Source: Bacillota bacterium (GTDB lineage: Bacteria > Bacillota > Limnochordia > DTU087). From it: a stretch of 64,000 bases of DNA. Of this stretch, positions 32,972-42,130 are shown piece after piece. The position numbers and the translations under genes were made by a program. Below the pieces are notes generated by a model, which saw only the letters and a program-made list of their open reading frames with translations, had not been told where the DNA came from and did no database searches. Position 1 is the first letter of the stretch. Every line of letters starts with the position of its first letter. The stretch covers positions 9,733-73,732 of the forward strand of contig JAAZMR010000079.1 of the NCBI GenBank assembly GCA_012798695.1, read 5' to 3'.

Positions 32972-34012
32972 GTGACAGCTTTAGAGCGAGTCAGCAAAAC
33001 TCTGCGATTAGAAGAGCCCGATCGAGTACCAGTATATCCAATACTTAGCGGTGTCACCCGTCACCTAGTGAATGCGAGTTATCGGGAGTGGGCCACTAAC
33101 GCGGAAATTTGTGCCGCAGCTTACATCAAAGCGGCTGAACAGTATCGGCTGGATGTCATCTGCACTTTGACAGATCTATCAGTGGAGGCCGCTGATTTTG
33201 GTGCCCAAATAGTTTACCCGGAAAATGAGGCAGCCCACCCTGAATTCGGCACACGGCGTCTTGCTGCTGTAGAGGACTACCGCACCGTGCAACCCGTAGA
33301 TCCACATACGGGCCCTCGGATGAGCGAGCATATCAAGCTGTGCCAGAGGTTGGTAGAAGCTAAGGGGAAGGAAATACCGATAGTTGCCTTTACCTTTGGC
33401 CCGTTAGGAATCACCAGCATGCTAAGAGGTCAGGAAGAGTTCTTTATGGATCTGATCTTGGAACCAGAGGCGGTCAAGTATGCTATTGCAGCAGTAACGG
33501 AAACCTTGATGGACTATTATGATGCCTTGATGGATACAGGGGTGCATGCTATCATGATGGATACCCTATTTGCCTCTGAATCGATTATGAGCAAATCTAT
33601 GTGGCTGGAGTTTGAAGGGGAATATGTAAGACGTTTGGCAGAGCGAGTCCACGAGCGGGGTTGCATGATGATGGTTCACAATTGCGGTAATGGCATCTAT
33701 TTTGATGCCCAGATTGAGACTATGCAACCAGAAGCGATTTCCTTTCTCCATCTTCCAGACGATGTGACAACTCCGGCTGAGTTGAAAAAGAAGTATGGGC
33801 ACCAGACTACCCTCATCGGACATGTTGATCCTACCTGGATCGTTCAGGCCAGCGAAGATGAGGTAAGAGATGAGTGCAAAAAGCAAATCGATCTATATAA
33901 ACAGGGTGGCGGATACATCCTGGCCACGGGATGTGAGTACCCCGCCAATGCTGATCTGCGTAATGCAGAGGTGATGGTGGAAACCGCCGAGACCTATGGG
34001 CGATATGCGTGA
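32972..34012 (+). CDS. URO-D family methyltransferase, MtaA/CmuA-like (Zn-binding H-x-C-G type), paralog 2
   Basis: MMVHNCGNG (H-x-C-G) and C-terminal GGGYILATGCE Cys, characteristic of corrinoid:substrate methyltransferases. GTG start after AGGAGG. Confidence 0.75.
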   Translation: MTALERVSKTLRLEEPDRVPVYPILSGVTRHLVNASYREWATNAEICAAAYIKAAEQYRLDVICTLTDLSVEAADFGAQIVYPENEAAHPEFGTRRLAAVEDYRTVQPVDPHTGPRMSEHIKLCQRLVEAKGKEIPIVAFTFGPLGITSMLRGQEEFFMDLILEPEAVKYAIAAVTETLMDYYDALMDTGVHAIMMDTLFASESIMSKSMWLEFEGEYVRRLAERVHERGCMMMVHNCGNGIYFDAQIETMQPEAISFLHLPDDVTTPAELKKKYGHQTTLIGHVDPTWIVQASEDEVRDECKKQIDLYKQGGGYILATGCEYPANADLRNAEVMVETAETYGRYA

Positions 34013-34154
34013 TTCTGCAATCTAGACTATCCAGATGAGGGGATGTCACTTTGCGGCAGCCGTGAGGATGGCCTCCCTCCTATTCAACTGGGAGAAGCGG
34101 TTAACGGGAAGGCTATTGGGCTAGGATAAGCCATGTCTAGTCAGGTGTCAGTTA

Positions 34155-34183
34155 TTGACGTATGCTCATAAAGGGGATATATT
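34155..34183 (+). promoter_or_regulatory. promoter TTGACG-17-TATATT upstream of mrp
   Basis: Hexamers with a 17-nt spacer, about 60 nt upstream of the mrp start. Confidence 0.45.
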
Positions 34184-34245
34184 GGGGATAAGCAGGACTT
34201 AAGTGAGCCATACTCTTTGGTAGTTTTGGCAGATAGGGAGGCTTT

Positions 34246-35046
34246 TTGATGGAAACTCAGAGTCAGCACGGGACTAGTGATTCCCACAGTATTGGCAAGG
34301 TACCACCCCATGAATTGAGCAATATTAAGCACGCAATCGCGATCATGAGTGGTAAGGGAGGGGTTGGGAAATCGTCTGTGACGGCTTTACTGGCCACCGC
34401 CCTTCGCCGTCAAGGTTTGCAGGTTGGGGTTCTGGATGCTGATATCACCGGCCCCAGCATTCCTAGGTTGTTTGGGGTCCATCGCCGGCCCGAAATAGCT
34501 GAGGTAGGGATGTTCCCTCCCCGGAGTGCAACAGGCATTGAAATCATGTCTCTTAATTTATTACTTGAGAATGAAGATGACCCGGTTATCTGGAGAGGGC
34601 CACTGATCGGTGGTGCTGTAAAGCAGTTTTGGACCGATGTAATCTGGGGGGACCTAGATTATCTTTTGATCGATTTGCCGCCAGGAACTGGTGATTCGCC
34701 TCTAACTGTCATGCAGATTTTCCCCTTGGATGGCCTGGTGATCGTTACTTCACCACAGGAATTGGCCAATATGGTCGTCAGAAAGGCGATTAATATGGCC
34801 GACAAAATGCAAGTTCCTATTATCGGCCTGGTAGAGAATATGAGCTATGCCATTTGTCCCCATTGTCAGGAAAGATGGGAGCTGTTTGGGCCCAGTCGAG
34901 GGGCTGCCGAGGCAGAGAATAGCGGTATTCCCTTCTTGGGAGCGATACCTTTAGATCCGAAACTGACCGCCTTGTGTGATTCGGGGGCCATAGAGCAGTA
35001 TGATGGCAAGGTTGTTTCTGAAATGCACGCATGGCTGCAAAGCTAG
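34246..35046 (+). CDS. mrp: Mrp/NBP35 (ApbC) family Fe-S cluster carrier ATPase
   Basis: Deviant Walker A SGKGGVGKSS, CxxC motif (CPHC). Confidence 0.9.
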   Translation: MMETQSQHGTSDSHSIGKVPPHELSNIKHAIAIMSGKGGVGKSSVTALLATALRRQGLQVGVLDADITGPSIPRLFGVHRRPEIAEVGMFPPRSATGIEIMSLNLLLENEDDPVIWRGPLIGGAVKQFWTDVIWGDLDYLLIDLPPGTGDSPLTVMQIFPLDGLVIVTSPQELANMVVRKAINMADKMQVPIIGLVENMSYAICPHCQERWELFGPSRGAAEAENSGIPFLGAIPLDPKLTALCDSGAIEQYDGKVVSEMHAWLQS

Positions 35047-35119
35047 TCGATAGTGGTGGGCCATGAAAGAGAAACAGGCAGGTATTCTGCCTGTTTTGCC
35101 GTATTAGAAGGGCAGAGTA
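34914..35119 (+). repeat. direct repeat copy 1 (206 bp): mrp 3' end plus terminator hairpin AAACAGGCAG-GTATT-CTGCCTGTTT
   Basis: About 89% identical to 36278..36483 by manual alignment. Confidence 0.85.
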
Positions 35120-35148
35120 GATAGATATTCTGCTTAGGAGCCGATACT

Positions 35149-35940
35149 ATGCCACATACGACTAGCCCCACCAAAGCACCTAGTACGCTTCGGTTCTCTG
35201 AGCCATACCCGGCTGGGCATTTCAGGCAAGGTTTGCGTATGGGCTTACCCATTGCTTTTGGGTATTTCCCTACCGCACTGGCTTTTGGAGTGGTGGCTCT
35301 AGAGGCTGGGCTGTCAGCGAAACAAGCAATGCTGATATCCGCACTAGTTTTTTCTGGTGCAGGACAGTTCATGGCGGCGAATTTGGTAGCTGCGGGGGCG
35401 GCTCCCATGGCTATTATCGTGAGCAACTTGGTCGTCAATCTGAGGTATTTTGTAATGTCAGCTAGCCTGTCCCGGCGTTTGCATCTCAGTTGGTTGCAGG
35501 CAGGTATTATCGGCTTCGGAATCACTGATGAGACATTTGTCATGAATTACTTCGCCCATCCAGACAAACCTGCCGACAGTGTCACCGGTACATTAGTGGA
35601 GTCCGAGCAATCTCCCTTGCCTGCCAGCCTGATCTTAGGTGTGAATATTATGGCCTATGTTGGCTGGGTTGCCGGTACCTATGTAGGCACCATATTTGCC
35701 GGCGTTTTACCTGCGGAGTTTGCTACTGGTATGGGGGTTGTACTATACGCCATGTTTATAGCTCTGCTCATTCCTGCAGTGGCCCGCTCGTTAGGAGTCG
35801 GAGCTATCGCGGCAGCTGGTGGAGGATGCTGCTGGCTCCTTAACCGATATTTGCCCTTTGGTTGGGCGATGATCTTGGCAACCACCATGGTGGCAGGTCT
35901 GGGGGCTTGGTGTTGGGGTAAGGGGGTAGATGAGCTATGA
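35149..35940 (+). CDS. azlC: branched-chain amino acid exporter AzlC
   Basis: AzlC family polytopic membrane protein. Confidence 0.85.
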   Translation: MPHTTSPTKAPSTLRFSEPYPAGHFRQGLRMGLPIAFGYFPTALAFGVVALEAGLSAKQAMLISALVFSGAGQFMAANLVAAGAAPMAIIVSNLVVNLRYFVMSASLSRRLHLSWLQAGIIGFGITDETFVMNYFAHPDKPADSVTGTLVESEQSPLPASLILGVNIMAYVGWVAGTYVGTIFAGVLPAEFATGMGVVLYAMFIALLIPAVARSLGVGAIAAAGGGCCWLLNRYLPFGWAMILATTMVAGLGAWCWGKGVDEL

Positions 35941-36239
35941 ACGTACAAACCTTCACCGTGATGCTGTTGGGAATGGTGTTAGTAACCTATCTACCTCGTA
36001 CGCTTCCCCTTTTTCTCTCTAATGACCGCCCGCTGCCGACTTGGTTGGAGCGATGGTTGAAGTTGGTACCATATACAGCCTTGGGAGCCTTGATCTTCCC
36101 CGGCATCCTAACAGTGGATCCCAACAGGCCTTGGGTAGGGGTGTTAGGTGGCATCGCGGCGATTCTGGTTAGTTGGAAATGGAACAACCTTGTCGCCACG
36201 GTGATCGTCGCTTTTCTAGTCGTATATGGTCTTAGCTAG
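35937..36239 (+). CDS. azlD: branched-chain amino acid exporter AzlD
   Basis: 100-aa 3-TM protein overlapping azlC by 4 nt. Confidence 0.8.
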   Translation: MNVQTFTVMLLGMVLVTYLPRTLPLFLSNDRPLPTWLERWLKLVPYTALGALIFPGILTVDPNRPWVGVLGGIAAILVSWKWNNLVATVIVAFLVVYGLS

Positions 36240-36277
36240 CTTGAAGGGTAGGAAACCATCTTCGAGTTCAGTAGAAT

Positions 36278-36483
36278 AGAGAATAGCGGTATTCCCTTCT
36301 TGGGAGCGATACCTCTAGAGCCAAAACTGACTGCTGTGTGTGATTCGGGGGCCATAGAGCAGCATCATGGCAAGGTTGTTTCTGAAATGTACGCATGGCT
36401 GCGAAGCTAGTCAATAGTAGTGGGTCACAATGGAGAAACAGGCAGGTATTCTGCCTGTTTTACCGTAATAGAAGGGCAAAGTA
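36278..36483 (+). repeat. direct repeat copy 2 (206 bp), diverged duplicate of the mrp 3' end plus hairpin
   Basis: See copy 1. Retains the same 10-bp-stem hairpin. Confidence 0.85.
36279..36410 (+). pseudogene. relic 3' fragment of an mrp/apbC paralog (43 codons in frame, no start codon)
   Basis: Translates as ENSGIPFLGAIPLEPKLTAVCDSGAIEQHHGKVVSEMYAWLRS, against the mrp C-terminus ENSGIPFLGAIPLDPKLTALCDSGAIEQYDGKVVSEMHAWLQS. An upstream in-frame stop lies at 36249-36251. Confidence 0.7.
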
Positions 36484-36562
36484 TCGCATATCGTAATTGG
36501 TTGGTAGGGATTGGCTCTGATAGTGCTGTTAGTTCTTCCTAGAGTCTATGAGGGGGGAAATC

Positions 36563-37822
36563 ATGGCTCGGAGTGTTACGCCTTTTGGTGTGATGGTCAA
36601 ACCTGCGGGTCCGGCATGTAACTTGGCCTGTCAGTATTGTTTCTATCTTGACAAATCAGCTCTCTTTCCTGAGTCGCGGACTTTCCGGATGGATGAGAAC
36701 TTGTTAGAGGAGTTTATCCGTCAGTATTTTGAGCTTCAGCCGGGTCCGATGGTGCCGTTCGTTTGGCAAGGGGGTGAACCGAGTTTGATGGGTCTGGAGT
36801 TCTTTGAAAAGGTGGTAGAACTCCAAGACCGCTACTTGCCGTCTGGTTGGCGAGTGACGAACGCTTTCCAGACTAATGGCACGCTGCTCACCGAAGAGTG
36901 GTGCGATTTCTTTCACGAGCATGATTTTCTAGTGGGGATTAGTCTAGACGGGCCACCAGAGCTACATGATGTTTACCGGCAGAATAAACAAGGTGGCCCC
37001 ACGGCCACTGTAGTCTTGCAGGCTTTACACCTGCTGCAAGAAAAGAATGTGGAATATAATATTCTGTGTGTAGTCAATGATGTGAATGCCCAGCATCCTC
37101 TTTCAGTCTACGAATTCTTCCGGGCTCAAGGTGTGCAGCATGTTCAGTTTATTCCATTGGTTGAGCATTTAGGCAATGGCAGAACCACTACTAGATCGGT
37201 ATCAGGTTTGGCGTATGGCCGGTTTCTTACCGCGATTTTCAACGAGTGGGTAGCTCATGATCTGGGGCAGATGTTTGTTCAGCTGTTTGAAGAATGCCTA
37301 TCGGTATGGGCTGGCTATGGTTCCCATCTCTGCGTTCTCGCACCGACTTGCGGGCAGCAGCTGATCCTGGAACATAATGGAGATTTATACGTATGTGATC
37401 ATTTCGTATTTCCCAGATTCAAGCTCGGGAATCTGCGGCAGAAGCCTCTTCATGAGTTAATCGAATCTCCACAGTTAAGGGATTTTGGTTTAGATAAGCG
37501 TCGTAGGTTGCCTGACTATTGCCGGCAATGCGAAGTGCTATTCATGTGCAACGGGGGATGCCCCAAGGACCGTTTTCTTTCCACTCCTTCAGGGGAGGAG
37601 GGCCTCAACTATCTTTGCGCGGGATATAAGCAATTCCTCAACTATGTTACTCCATTCATGGAGGATATGGCCGACTTGTTTCATCAGCGAGCACCACTGG
37701 CAGTGATGCAAGAGGGGGCAGTCACACGTATTCATGATTTGTGGAGACATGTCGGCCGCAATGAGCCGTGTCCGTGTGGAAGTGGACTAAAATACAAGAA
37801 GTGTTGTCAGGGGCTACAATGA
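36563..37822 (+). CDS. radical SAM/SPASM enzyme, anaerobic sulfatase-maturating-enzyme (anSME)-like, with C-terminal SEC-C zinc motif
   Basis: CNLACQYC (Cx3Cx2C) near the N-terminus; FQTNGTLLTEEW; Cys-rich SPASM region; C-terminal EPCPCGSGLKYKKCC. GAGGGGGG RBS at ATG 36563. Confidence 0.8.
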   Translation: MARSVTPFGVMVKPAGPACNLACQYCFYLDKSALFPESRTFRMDENLLEEFIRQYFELQPGPMVPFVWQGGEPSLMGLEFFEKVVELQDRYLPSGWRVTNAFQTNGTLLTEEWCDFFHEHDFLVGISLDGPPELHDVYRQNKQGGPTATVVLQALHLLQEKNVEYNILCVVNDVNAQHPLSVYEFFRAQGVQHVQFIPLVEHLGNGRTTTRSVSGLAYGRFLTAIFNEWVAHDLGQMFVQLFEECLSVWAGYGSHLCVLAPTCGQQLILEHNGDLYVCDHFVFPRFKLGNLRQKPLHELIESPQLRDFGLDKRRRLPDYCRQCEVLFMCNGGCPKDRFLSTPSGEEGLNYLCAGYKQFLNYVTPFMEDMADLFHQRAPLAVMQEGAVTRIHDLWRHVGRNEPCPCGSGLKYKKCCQGLQ

Positions 37823-38017
37823 GGTAGGATCTATGGCCCCGGCCTTGGGGCCGGGCTCCACCCGTAACGAGTAAGCTCTTGCCTATCTGACTTGCTGCAG
37901 GTCAGGCGACTGACTTGCTTTCAGTCCTCCGAAAGGCAGATATGGCGGTAGATAAGTAAGGTAAGCAAAGAAGGGGTCGCCGGAATCGGCAACCCCTTAT
38001 CTACAGCAGCCTAAATG

Positions 38018-38988
38018 CTAGAAGATCGATTCTGGTACGTAATAGTCTTCTGCATTTTCAGCAGTAATCAACTCTGCTGCCAGAATGATCTTGGATGGAA
38101 TCTGGTTCTGGTAGAAGCCGCAAAGCTTCTGGCCCCGCAGGCCCATGACCGCACAGCTGATACCGGTGGCAATCATGGAAGGTGGGTAGGTGACGTCAGC
38201 TCTTACTAGTGGGTCGCCGTCCATAATCTTCTTGATAATATCTTTGGAGCCGGCGCCACCTAGGAATAGTTTGACATCGTTTCGTCCAGACTCTTTATAT
38301 GCCTGTAGGACCCCTTTTAGTACGTCATCATCCTGAGCCCAGACGGCATCGATCTCCTTGTATTTCTGGAGGTAGTTTTCCATGATCTCTAGGCCCTTTT
38401 GGGTAGACCAGTATGCAGGCTGAGAATCGAGAATCTCCATACCGGGATAGTCTTCGATGACAGCATTGAAAGCATCTACCCGCTCGCTGTTAATCACACA
38501 GGGGATGCCTTCCAAGACAACGACTTTGCCCTTGCCATTTAGTTCTTCGACAATCCACTCGGCAGCTACTCGGCCCATACCCGGATTATCTCCAGCTACA
38601 TAGACATGCTCCACCGGCTTGGTCAGGCCTCTATCGACTGAGACGACAAAGATGCCCTCCTTATATACTCTCTCCACTATAGGAGTGAGAGGGGCGGAAT
38701 CATGGGCTAGTATGACTAGGCCATCAATCCCTTTGACCATTAGGTCTTCGACCTGGTCAACCTGCTGAGTAGCAGAATCCGCGGTGACGAGGAAGAATGT
38801 TACATCTGGATCCTTGGCTTTCCAGTCGTTGATCGCCTGGTTAGCCCACCAGACGATGCCACCAGTCCATCCATGGTCAGCAGTGGGGATAGAGACTCCG
38901 ATGCGCAGTGGCTCTGCCGCAAAGCTGGGTAGAGAGAAAAACATGGCTGCAGCCAGTGCCACAGCTATAATGAAAGCTGATCGTTTCA
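38018..38988 (-). CDS. sugar ABC transporter substrate-binding protein (periplasmic-binding-protein type I, ribose/AI-2-like)
   Basis: Signal peptide, PBP fold. GGAGG RBS 7 nt before ATG 38988. Confidence 0.8.
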
Positions 38989-39211
38989 TCCATAATCCTC
39001 CTAGTAGTTTGATTTTTGGCCTCAATTTACTGTCGGCTAACACAATCGCTGCTCTCCGGTAACCTAGGTTTCTAATTCGGTTTGGTCTATAGAACCACCT
39101 CCTAAACGCCCAAATGCCTTAGGGTTCTGCAAGGCTAATAGTTCAGACCAAAGTATGAAACTCTGTTTGGGCTTCTTGCCCAGTTTCCGAAAAACTAAGA
39201 CCAGCTCGGCT

Positions 39212-40165
39212 CTAAGCTTTCTTGCGTTGAATCAGGACCGCGCCAATGATGACCAACCCTTTCACAGTACCTTGTAGGTAGGGTGACACTCCTAACATGT
39301 TCAACATGTTATTGATAATACCGAGGATAATGGCTCCGATGACAGTACCAGACATGCTGCCGACGCCACCGGTCATGGCAGTGCCTCCAATAATAACGGC
39401 GGCGATGGCGTCTAGTTCGAAATTGACACCGGCATTAGATGAGCTGACTGAGTTGAGTCGAGATGACATGAGGATGGCAGAAACAGCCACCGTAAATCCG
39501 ATAATGACATAGGCAATCAGCCGCACCTTGTCCACATCGATAGCTGAGTATCTAGCAACACGCTCATTGGAGCCCACTGCACATACATAGCGTCCATAGC
39601 GAGTGTTGTTCAAAATGATGCCAAACAGGGCAGCGAGTCCAAAAAACAGCCAGACGGGAATGGGGATACCGAGAAAATAGCCCATACCCAGTTGGGGATA
39701 GAGGTTGCTGGTGGAGCGAAATTCGCCGGCATTACTGATATAAAGGGTGAAAGAACGATAGACAGCCATAGTACCTAGGGTAACGATAAAGGGTGCTACT
39801 TTACCTTTGGTGACGATCAGGCCATTGATTGCACCTAGGAGCATGCCTAGCAAGATCCCGAAAACAATGGCAAGCACAATAGCTATGAGACCGCCACCAA
39901 AATAGTTAAGCACCATTATGACTAGTCCGCCGACTAAGGCGGTCATCGAGCCGACTGATAGATCAATTCCACCGGAAATGATTACGAAAGTCATACCTAG
40001 CCCGATGATGCCCGTATAGGAAACCTGGCGCAAGATATTGAGAATGTTGCGGGTCTGGAGAAAGTACGGGCTGGCTATGGAAGACAAGACAAACAGAACG
40101 ACCAGCGCAAATAAGGGACCGTGTTTCTCTAGATCAAGCTTGCCTTTGAGTAGATTCGTTTGCAC
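39212..40165 (-). CDS. sugar ABC transporter permease (RbsC/BPD-2 family)
   Basis: Polytopic membrane protein with an RbsC-like conserved loop. Confidence 0.85.
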   Translation of the reverse strand: MQTNLLKGKLDLEKHGPLFALVVLFVLSSIASPYFLQTRNILNILRQVSYTGIIGLGMTFVIISGGIDLSVGSMTALVGGLVIMVLNYFGGGLIAIVLAIVFGILLGMLLGAINGLIVTKGKVAPFIVTLGTMAVYRSFTLYISNAGEFRSTSNLYPQLGMGYFLGIPIPVWLFFGLAALFGIILNNTRYGRYVCAVGSNERVARYSAIDVDKVRLIAYVIIGFTVAVSAILMSSRLNSVSSSNAGVNFELDAIAAVIIGGTAMTGGVGSMSGTVIGAIILGIINNMLNMLGVSPYLQGTVKGLVIIGAVLIQRKKA

Positions 40166-40167
40166 AA

Positions 40168-41670
40168 TTAAGCACCCTCTTTCAAACCTGTTGCATAGAA
40201 CATGATCTCTGCTTCACTCAGCTCGCCGGCCTCTAGGATGCCGGTAATGCGTCCCTCCCGCATTACTACTACTCGATTGCATAAACCCAGAATCTCTTCC
40301 ATTTCCGAGGAGATGAGGATACAGGAAATGCCGGACTTGACTAGGTCATGAATAAAATAGTAGACTTCTTTCTTGGCATTCACATCAATACCGCGGGTGG
40401 GTTCATCGATGATGAAGATCTCAGGGTGAGGATCTAGGCTCTTGGCCAGAGATACCTTTTGCTGGTTTCCGCCGCTTAAGTATTCAAGTAGTGTTCTAGT
40501 CGATGGTGTACGGATATTGAAGGCCTTTATGTAGTCTTCTGTTCGGTGCTTCTCTTTCCTACGATCAATGAGAGGTTTGCAGTATTCATCCAAAGAAACC
40601 AGGGTGATATTACTGGCAACATCAAAACCGGTCAGGACGCCGGTCCCCTGCCGATCTTCAGAAAGGTAAGCAATCCCGTTTCTTACGGCATCGATGGGGG
40701 ATGAAATCATCTGTTTCGTGCCATTGATCACGATTTGACCGGAACTAATCTGGCGAATACCGATCAGGGCTTCAGCTAACTCTGTCCGTCCGGCTCCGAT
40801 CAGGCCAGAAAAGCCTAGGATTTCCCCTTTATGGAGATCGAAGTTAATATCATGTAAGAGCCCCGGAATGGAGAGGCTGTGGACCTGTAAAACCGTAGTG
40901 GCTTGGGGTGTTGTTTTGGGTGGGAAGATCTGGTTTAGCTCCCGGCCAACCATACGGCGGGCCATCTCCTGTTCATCTAGAGAGTCTGTCGGGTCAAGAC
41001 TAATAAACTCTCCATCTCGCAAGATCATCACCCGATCACAGATGCGTTTCACTTCACGCAGCTTATGTGATATGTAGATGATGGTCACACCTATTTCTTT
41101 CAATCTCTGCATGAGGCGGAAAAGAATATCGATCTCATGTTGTGTGAGAACAGTGGTTGGTTCATCCATGATCAACAGCCGAGAGTCATAAGCAACAGCT
41201 TTGGCGATCTCGACCATCTGTTTTTGGGCCACACTGAGATCTTGAATCTTGGCATCGGGGGGAATGTCGGTATCGAGTTCTTGCAGGAGCTCATTGGTTT
41301 TTTCTTTCATCTGCTGCTTATCTAATAGGTATTTGCCTTTGGTCAGCTCTTTACCGAGGAAGATATTCTCATATACATTGAGGTCATTGATTAGGTTGAA
41401 TTCCTGAGGAATTGTGCTGATGCCCAGTCGCTTGGCCACACTGGTATCACGAATATAGACTGGGTTCTTGTCAAAGAAGACTTGGCCTTCAGACGGGGTA
41501 TAGGTACCGTTGAGGATCTTGATGAATGTTGATTTCCCGGCCCCGTTTTCACCAATAATACCTAGGATTTCTCCCTCAAATATCTCGACATTAATCTTGT
41601 TTAGGACTGTCACACCGGAAAAACTCTTGGAAATATCTACGGTCTTTACGAGAACCTGATTAGGCTTCAT
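40168..41670 (-). CDS. sugar ABC transporter ATP-binding protein with duplicated ABC domains (RbsA/MglA-like)
   Basis: Two Walker A/signature/Walker B sets in 500 aa. Confidence 0.9.
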   Translation of the reverse strand: MKPNQVLVKTVDISKSFSGVTVLNKINVEIFEGEILGIIGENGAGKSTFIKILNGTYTPSEGQVFFDKNPVYIRDTSVAKRLGISTIPQEFNLINDLNVYENIFLGKELTKGKYLLDKQQMKEKTNELLQELDTDIPPDAKIQDLSVAQKQMVEIAKAVAYDSRLLIMDEPTTVLTQHEIDILFRLMQRLKEIGVTIIYISHKLREVKRICDRVMILRDGEFISLDPTDSLDEQEMARRMVGRELNQIFPPKTTPQATTVLQVHSLSIPGLLHDINFDLHKGEILGFSGLIGAGRTELAEALIGIRQISSGQIVINGTKQMISSPIDAVRNGIAYLSEDRQGTGVLTGFDVASNITLVSLDEYCKPLIDRRKEKHRTEDYIKAFNIRTPSTRTLLEYLSGGNQQKVSLAKSLDPHPEIFIIDEPTRGIDVNAKKEVYYFIHDLVKSGISCILISSEMEEILGLCNRVVVMREGRITGILEAGELSEAEIMFYATGLKEGA

Positions 41671-41980
41671 CGAAACTCACCTCGGCCAGTATGATTGCCG
41701 CGAAAACTCCCTTCAATTTGCCATTACTCTTTAGAATTCACCTTGTTGGCAGCAACTCCTTTTTCCTTTTAGAGGCCGGCCTACTCACCAACTCTCCCTT
41801 GTCAGGGGTCCTAGCCAAGTGCCAAGCAGATCTCTTTCGCCTGGCATTTGGCCATATCTGATGGCCGCCAATGTATTCTTCCCTATGGATTGGCATAGTC
41901 CTTCTCCTTTGATAGATTGAGAACCTGTTGCCACATGCAAGGTGAGGGCACCTTAACAAGGGAGCCTTGCCGGGGCCAGA

Positions 41981-42010
41981 TTGCATCAACTTGACATCCA
42001 TGCGTATAAT
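41981..42010 (+). promoter_or_regulatory. promoter TTGCAT-18-TATAAT upstream of the DUF3298 gene
   Basis: Consensus -10. About 120-nt leader to ATG 42131. Confidence 0.4.
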
Positions 42011-42130
42011 GGTAGACAAAGAGCTTCAAGCTAGGCCTTCTAGTTAGAAATTCCGAGGATAAAAGTGTGGGGGTCTAGCCTAGCCGCATCATGATATTCT
42101 TTGTCACACAGCGATTTGAGGAGGGGTTCT

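Noticed and set aside
35043-35543. 166-aa ORF antisense to azlC
   Set aside because: Lies fully inside the well-supported AzlC coding region on the opposite strand. The composition (Ala/Pro/Lys-rich) is typical of antisense frames in GC-rich DNA. No RBS.
34914-36483. The 206-bp direct repeats as an insertion sequence or MITE
   Set aside because: No transposase and no terminal inverted repeats. The repeat is simply the 3' end of mrp with its terminator, so it is better explained as a gene-duplication relic.
41738-42019. 93-aa basic ORF in the long divergent intergenic region
   Set aside because: Low-complexity Arg/Pro-rich translation overlapping the predicted promoter of the DUF3298 gene. 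No RBS. Probably noise.
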